A DNA stretch of 64,000 nucleotides, taken from assembly GCA_965217035.1 (NCBI GenBank), contig OZ244226.1, positions 248,001 to 312,000 on the forward strand, given 5' to 3'. The position numbers and the translations under genes are program-made. This DNA is from Bacteriovoracaceae bacterium. Its GTDB lineage: Bacteria > Bdellovibrionota > Bacteriovoracia > Bacteriovoracales > Bacteriovoracaceae. This document shows positions 59,049 to 64,000 of the stretch, piece after piece. The notes under the pieces were generated by a model. It did not search any database. It had not been told where the DNA came from and saw only the letters and a list, made by a program, of their open reading frames with translations. How positions within the stretch are numbered: position 1 is the stretch's first letter; each line of letters begins with the position of its first letter.

Positions 59049-60581
59049 GTCTGAAACTAAAGCATCCGCAACTTTTACTCCATCAACCGCCGCTGACGTG
59101 ATTCCACCTGCGTATCCAGCTCCTTCTCCACAGGGAAAAAGCCCTTTAACTCCAAGTGATTGAAAGTCTTTCTTTCGTGTAATCGTCAAAGGAGCTGAGG
59201 TTCTTGTCTCAGGAGCAATAAGAAGTGCATCTTTATAAATAAATCCAGGAATTTTTTTATCAATTTCAACTAAGGCCTTTCGGAGTTGTTTTATAATAAA
59301 ATCTGGGAAGATTTCAGCAAGGTCGTGTTTAAAAAGCTTAGAAGGGCATGAACTTTTAGGAAGAGGTTCTTGATTGAGCTCTCCCTTTAAAAACTCACTC
59401 ATCGTTATGGCCGGTAAAGAGAAACCGTTCGAATACTCTTTTGAAACTTGATAAGCCTTTTGCTCAATCTTTCGCAAAAAATCCATTCCAGCAAGAGAGT
59501 GATCAGAATCAAGATCTTTCGCTTTATCAACCGTTACAACAATAGCAGCATTGGACCAAGGACTATTATGAGCGTAATTGCTCATTCCATTGGTCACAAG
59601 TCCATCAGAATCTGTACCAGATGAAAGAACATATCCTCCTGGACACATGCAAAAGCTATAGGTTCCTCTCTCAACCTCTTTATCAAAATAGCTAATGCGA
59701 TAGCGAGCAGCTCCTAACCTTTCATCGCCAGCATACTTTCCAAATTGAATACTATTAATATACTTCCGAGGATGTTCAACCCTTACCCCAACGGCAAAGT
59801 CTTTCAGAACAATTGGAACTTTATGTTCATGAAGTTTTAAGTACAAACCTTTAGCAGAATGCCCTGTCGCTAAAACCACTTGAGAGGACTTAAACTTATT
59901 GCCAGCAGCTTCAACTCCAACGATCTTATTATCTTCAAGTAAAATATCGTCAACTCTCGTATTATAGTGAACCTCAGTCCCAAATTCGATTAATTCATCA
60001 GTCACTTTTCCAATAAATTCTCGAATTTTATTTGATCCTAGATGTGGATTTGATTCATATTTAATATGTTCAGGAGCTCCAAAACCGACCAGACGATCAA
60101 GAACATAATGAACTAAAGGAGACTTTACTCGAGTCAGAAGTTTCCCATCACTAAAAAGACCTGCTCCCCCCTCTCCAAAACAAACATTAGACTCTTCATC
60201 AAATTTTCCATAACGCCAATGTTTAGAGATTTTTTTCATTCTTTCCAATGCTCGATCTCCTCGCTCCAGGAGAATTGATTTGATCCCATACTCTTTTAAA
60301 CGAAGTGCACAGAATAATCCTGCAGGACCAGCCCCAACGATAATTGGAGGTTGATTAAACGATAACCGAGGAAAGCTTTTCTCTTCAAACTCTTCATTTC
60401 CTTCTAGGACTCGAATTCGATAATGAATTTTTGGTTTTCTCCCCTTGGGTGCCTTACGAGCATCAAGACTTCTCCCCAAAATCTGATACTTATCAAAAAC
60501 TTGATAATTCTTGGCCAGATATTCTTGAAGATCCTGGTCGAAAGGAATGACAAATTCGATTATTTTAGCCACGATTAACAT
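59040..60581 (-). CDS. FAD-dependent oxidoreductase (COG2509-like)
   Basis: 'VGAGPAGLF', 'GEGGAGLFSDGKL', 'FCMCPGG', 'GEGAGYAGGITSAAVDG'. Confidence 0.9.
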   Translation of the reverse strand: MLIVAKIIEFVIPFDQDLQEYLAKNYQVFDKYQILGRSLDARKAPKGRKPKIHYRIRVLEGNEEFEEKSFPRLSFNQPPIIVGAGPAGLFCALRLKEYGIKSILLERGDRALERMKKISKHWRYGKFDEESNVCFGEGGAGLFSDGKLLTRVKSPLVHYVLDRLVGFGAPEHIKYESNPHLGSNKIREFIGKVTDELIEFGTEVHYNTRVDDILLEDNKIVGVEAAGNKFKSSQVVLATGHSAKGLYLKLHEHKVPIVLKDFAVGVRVEHPRKYINSIQFGKYAGDERLGAARYRISYFDKEVERGTYSFCMCPGGYVLSSGTDSDGLVTNGMSNYAHNSPWSNAAIVVTVDKAKDLDSDHSLAGMDFLRKIEQKAYQVSKEYSNGFSLPAITMSEFLKGELNQEPLPKSSCPSKLFKHDLAEIFPDFIIKQLRKALVEIDKKIPGFIYKDALLIAPETRTSAPLTITRKKDFQSLGVKGLFPCGEGAGYAGGITSAAVDGVKVADALVSDLL

Positions 60582-60632
60582 ATAGCGTGAATTTTCCCAT
60601 TTGGGTAATTTGGTATGTAAGGAGTGCTATAG

Positions 60633-61871
60633 GTGATCAAAGCTTACTTTATAGGCATTGGAAATGAGTTACTTCAAGGTAAAATCCAGGACAAGAACCT
60701 TCATTGGCTTGGGCGCTTTCTGTTCAAAAACAATATTTACCTTAAACAAAGCAGCCAAGTTCGTGACGAGCCAGAGGATCTGATTGCCGAGCTCGAACAA
60801 GGTTGGAGCACTACTGATATCCTCATCACAACCGGAGGCTTGGGTCCTACCGAAGATGATATGACTAAATCAATCGTCGCAAAGTGGTTAGACCTCTCAA
60901 TAAAAGAGTCTGAAGAGGCTAAGAGAGTTGTTTTAAAACAATTTGAGGAAAAAGGCCGATCTTATGACGAAAAAAAGTTTGATTACCACCAAATACCAGA
61001 GGATTTTAAGGCCATTCACAACCGAGTCGGCTATGCTCCAGGACTCTTGTACCAAAAAGATGGAAAAACCCTTCTTATGTTTCCAGGAGTTCCTTCTGAA
61101 TTCCAAGCCATGGTCGAAGATCATTTATTATCCAATACGGTCCAGACCAAATTTCTTCAAGAAAACCTTATCTTTAAAACTTGGGGACTTCCTGAGTCTC
61201 ATATTTTTCATAAGATTGAGCCTGAACTTTGGGAAAATCTAAAGCCTTATGGGACTGTTAGCTCACTCCCCCATCTTTCTGGAGTTGATATTGGAGTTAC
61301 TGTCCAAGCAAAAGACCAAAATGAGCTCGAGAAGACTAAAAGAAAAGTTGATAAAATCATGAGAGAGTCTAAACTTTCAGACCATATCTGGCATATTGGA
61401 GAGCAAACGATAGAGGGAGCAGTTCACGAAAAGCTCATTGCACTCGGAAAGACTCTCGCAACAGCTGAGTCTTGTACAGGAGGACTCATAGCAGACAAAC
61501 TCACAAACTTTTCAGGGAGCTCTGCCTATTTCAATGGAACAGCTGTTACCTATGCGACAGAATCCAAAGTTAATGTTCTAGGAGTTTCATCTGAAACAAT
61601 TGAAAAATATAATGTTGTCAGTGAACAAGTTGCCGGCGAAATGGCAAAACATGTTCGAAAGCTCTATCAATCAGATTATGCACTAACAACGACGGGGGTT
61701 GCTGGTCCATCAGGTGGATCAGCAAAAATTCCAGTCGGTACAGTTTGTATCGGGATAGCAAGTGATGAAAAAGTTACAACTCAAACTTTTCACTTGAAAG
61801 GTAACCGAAGAACACTTAAGATCCGCTTCGCTGAATTTGCCCTTCATTCTTTATTACGGGAGATCGAATAA
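60633..61871 (+). CDS. cinA: CinA (MoCF-like domain + PncC NMN deamidase)
   Basis: 'IGNELLQG', 'GGLGPTEDD', 'PGVPSE', 'AESCTGG', 'GSSAYF', 'TGVAGP'. Confidence 0.95.
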   Translation: MIKAYFIGIGNELLQGKIQDKNLHWLGRFLFKNNIYLKQSSQVRDEPEDLIAELEQGWSTTDILITTGGLGPTEDDMTKSIVAKWLDLSIKESEEAKRVVLKQFEEKGRSYDEKKFDYHQIPEDFKAIHNRVGYAPGLLYQKDGKTLLMFPGVPSEFQAMVEDHLLSNTVQTKFLQENLIFKTWGLPESHIFHKIEPELWENLKPYGTVSSLPHLSGVDIGVTVQAKDQNELEKTKRKVDKIMRESKLSDHIWHIGEQTIEGAVHEKLIALGKTLATAESCTGGLIADKLTNFSGSSAYFNGTAVTYATESKVNVLGVSSETIEKYNVVSEQVAGEMAKHVRKLYQSDYALTTTGVAGPSGGSAKIPVGTVCIGIASDEKVTTQTFHLKGNRRTLKIRFAEFALHSLLREIE

Positions 61872-62497
61872 TGGAAATCTTTAATGATTCAGTTAAATTT
61901 TTTATTTCAGTTATCTCGATTTTGAATCCGATTGGTGCCATCCCTATCTTTATGGGTTTGACCCGTTATTACTCTCAAGAGGATGTCAGTCGAATTGCGA
62001 CTAATTGTGCCTTTGCAGTTTTTGTAACACTTTTTCTAAGTGGCTTACTTGGAGATGAAGTTCTCAAGTTTTTTGGAATCCAACTTGCTTCCTTTCGTGT
62101 TGGTGGAGGAATTCTTATTGCATTCATGGCACTCTCAATGTTAAGAGGGGAAAAAACTGATATTAAGATCAGCCAAGATGAAATTGAAAGACAAGCTCAA
62201 ATTCGAGAGATAGGAATTGTTCCTTTGGCCATACCAATGCTTGCAGGTCCTGGTTCTATTTCAAACGTCATTATTCAAGCCGACTATTTCATAACTTTTT
62301 ATCATTGGGTTGGGGCCGTTATTTGTTTGGCCTTAATTGCAATCATCTTAAAGCTAATTTTAACCTTCAGTCGTACGATTCGCGATAAAATTGGACAAAT
62401 TGCTATCAATGTCTCGACAAGAATTTTTGGCTTAATTCTGATGGCCGTTGCTATTGAGCACATCACAAAAGGTATTAAGGTTATCTTTAACTTATAA
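61871..62497 (+). CDS. MarC family membrane protein
   Basis: 'NPIG..PIF', 'FRVGGGIL', 'VPLAIPMLAGPG', 'RIFGLIL'. Confidence 0.93.
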   Translation: MEIFNDSVKFFISVISILNPIGAIPIFMGLTRYYSQEDVSRIATNCAFAVFVTLFLSGLLGDEVLKFFGIQLASFRVGGGILIAFMALSMLRGEKTDIKISQDEIERQAQIREIGIVPLAIPMLAGPGSISNVIIQADYFITFYHWVGAVICLALIAIILKLILTFSRTIRDKIGQIAINVSTRIFGLILMAVAIEHITKGIKVIFNL

Positions 62498-63299
62498 TCA
62501 GCATCGCAAGTAATACTCGATAAAGAAAAAAGGTCCAAAAAGGTATTTTCTTAATAAGCTTTAAAAAATAGTGAATGACTAAAAGTCCTATAAAAAAGGA
62601 AACAAGAATTCCTATGAAAGCATAAAAGAGGTCGAATTGAAGAGACTCCGCTCCTTGGATAATCTTTAATGCTTTATAAGCAGAACCCATCGCGACAATT
62701 GGAATCGACAGTAGAAAAGTAAACTCTGCAATGACTTTACGATCGAACTTAAGCCATCTTCCCATTGAAAGAGTTGCTCCTGAACGACTAACTCCAGGAA
62801 AAATAGCAATAGCTTGTGAAAACCCTAAAGCAAGAGCAAACTTCCAATTGACCTTTTCAAGTTCCTCTTCAAATTTCTCTCCGCCTTTAATATCGGCGAA
62901 GTAAAGAAGTGCCCCAAAAAAGGCTAGATTAAAAGCAATCACTTGAGGATTTCTCCCATAATTTTCAGATAAAGGCTTGAAGATGAGAATAAATATGATT
63001 GAGAACAATGTCGCTAAAATCATATTCACGACATAGGCATTATAACCTTTTTGCTCTAAGGCCTTTGAAGGTTTTTTGAAGATCTCTATTTTAGCAGATG
63101 CAATTTTCATCACTTCTTTTCTAAAATAAAGAAGTAATGAAAAGATTGTTCCAATATGAAGATAAAGATCAAAAGTAACTCCTGGATCTTGAATCTTTAA
63201 ATACTTTGGCAATAAAGCTAAATGACCCGAGCTTGAAACAGGAAGAAACTCACAAACTGCTTGGATCAGCCCATAAATAATAGCATCGACTAATGTCAT
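62487..63299 (-). CDS. uppP: Undecaprenyl-diphosphate phosphatase
   Basis: 'QAVCEFLPVSSSGHL', 'PGVSRSGAT', 'FLLSIP'. Confidence 0.95.
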   Translation of the reverse strand: MTLVDAIIYGLIQAVCEFLPVSSSGHLALLPKYLKIQDPGVTFDLYLHIGTIFSLLLYFRKEVMKIASAKIEIFKKPSKALEQKGYNAYVVNMILATLFSIIFILIFKPLSENYGRNPQVIAFNLAFFGALLYFADIKGGEKFEEELEKVNWKFALALGFSQAIAIFPGVSRSGATLSMGRWLKFDRKVIAEFTFLLSIPIVAMGSAYKALKIIQGAESLQFDLFYAFIGILVSFFIGLLVIHYFLKLIKKIPFWTFFLYRVLLAMLIIS

Positions 63300-63916
63300 G
63301 GTTGTCGAACCGGTTGTGTTGGTGTCTCAAATGGAACTTCAGCAGGTTGTGGAGAAGACTTTTTCTTCCCAGGGTTTGAACTAAAATAAGCTAAATCTTC
63401 TGTTTTAAAAGCGTCCATTACTTCATTAATTTTTCGAATGAGATAATCATACTTCGCCTCTTCAAGCGAACTCTCTCTTAAGTCATCTTGTCGCTTTCTC
63501 TCTTTTTGATTAAGTCCAACTATCATATCAAAAAAACTTTTCAGTTTTTGAAAATAATCATCTTTCAAAGCTTTGTTGCTTGATTTGACTAAGAGTCTAG
63601 CTACTTTGAAGTAGTAGCGAAAAATATAGGCATGCTCTTTAAGAACATCCTCCTCTATCGCTTTCTTCTGTGAGAAATAATCAATAATTTCATAAGCTCC
63701 TAATTTCTTTGTTAATGGCTGGTTTTCAAGTTTATCATTCCATTCCACTCCACCAAGGTATTGACGATAAAACTTCAGAACTGTTTCTTCTGGAATAACC
63801 CGATTCGATTCAATCTGAAAGCGTAATATTGAAAAATTTGCTCTTTCCAAAGGAACAAAAATATCCTCGATAAGATTATTTTCAGCAAACTTTCCTCTCG
63901 GAGGCGTTATCTTCAT
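63296..63916 (-). CDS. Hypothetical helical protein
   Basis: 206-aa ORF coupled to uppP (ATGA overlap). Confidence 0.7.
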   Translation of the reverse strand: MKITPPRGKFAENNLIEDIFVPLERANFSILRFQIESNRVIPEETVLKFYRQYLGGVEWNDKLENQPLTKKLGAYEIIDYFSQKKAIEEDVLKEHAYIFRYYFKVARLLVKSSNKALKDDYFQKLKSFFDMIVGLNQKERKRQDDLRESSLEEAKYDYLIRKINEVMDAFKTEDLAYFSSNPGKKKSSPQPAEVPFETPTQPVRQP

Positions 63917-64000
63917 AAATTGTTTTTCACCAATCTTTACGAAACGAACGTCTTGGATCCTTTTACCGATCGAACTTAAAAGGCTGTCCCTATAATCAAA

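Noticed and set aside
60633..61871. Functional link between CinA/PncC NAD salvage and the ART toxins
   Set aside because: cinA is a widespread housekeeping gene more than 25 kb away; nothing ties it to the toxins.

Overview
AT-rich bacterial chromosome segment with about 60 genes. No rRNA, tRNA, CRISPR array, transposase or integrase was seen. Gene content points to a predatory Bdellovibrionota, most likely Bacteriovoracaceae/Halobacteriovorax-like (inference). The evidence is a TIGR02147-type HTH regulator, a DgcB-like FHA-GGDEF cyclase, many short secreted orphans and sigma-28-type promoters in front of non-flagellar genes. Housekeeping blocks are aqpZ, two dksA paralogues, a U32 pair, ppx/ppk1, nhaC, sppA-lapB-zupT, a partial shikimate cluster, prkA-yeaH-spoVR, rlmN, two acyl-CoA dehydrogenases, pgi, mutL-miaA, cinA and uppP. 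The main unusual signal is a dispersed set of exported nucleotide-transferase toxins with no adjacent immunity genes. Two are highly divergent Fic + ADP-ribosyltransferase (ART) fusions (11041-12858, secreted; 32391-34706, lipoprotein), and one is a stand-alone secreted E-x-E ART (28080-28853). Two of the three follow FliA/sigma-28-like promoters with near-leaderless starts. Directly upstream of one Fic-ART gene is an unannotated ~78-nt sigma-28-driven two-hairpin RNA with C-rich loops and an intrinsic terminator. All family calls come from motif recognition by eye; no searches were run.
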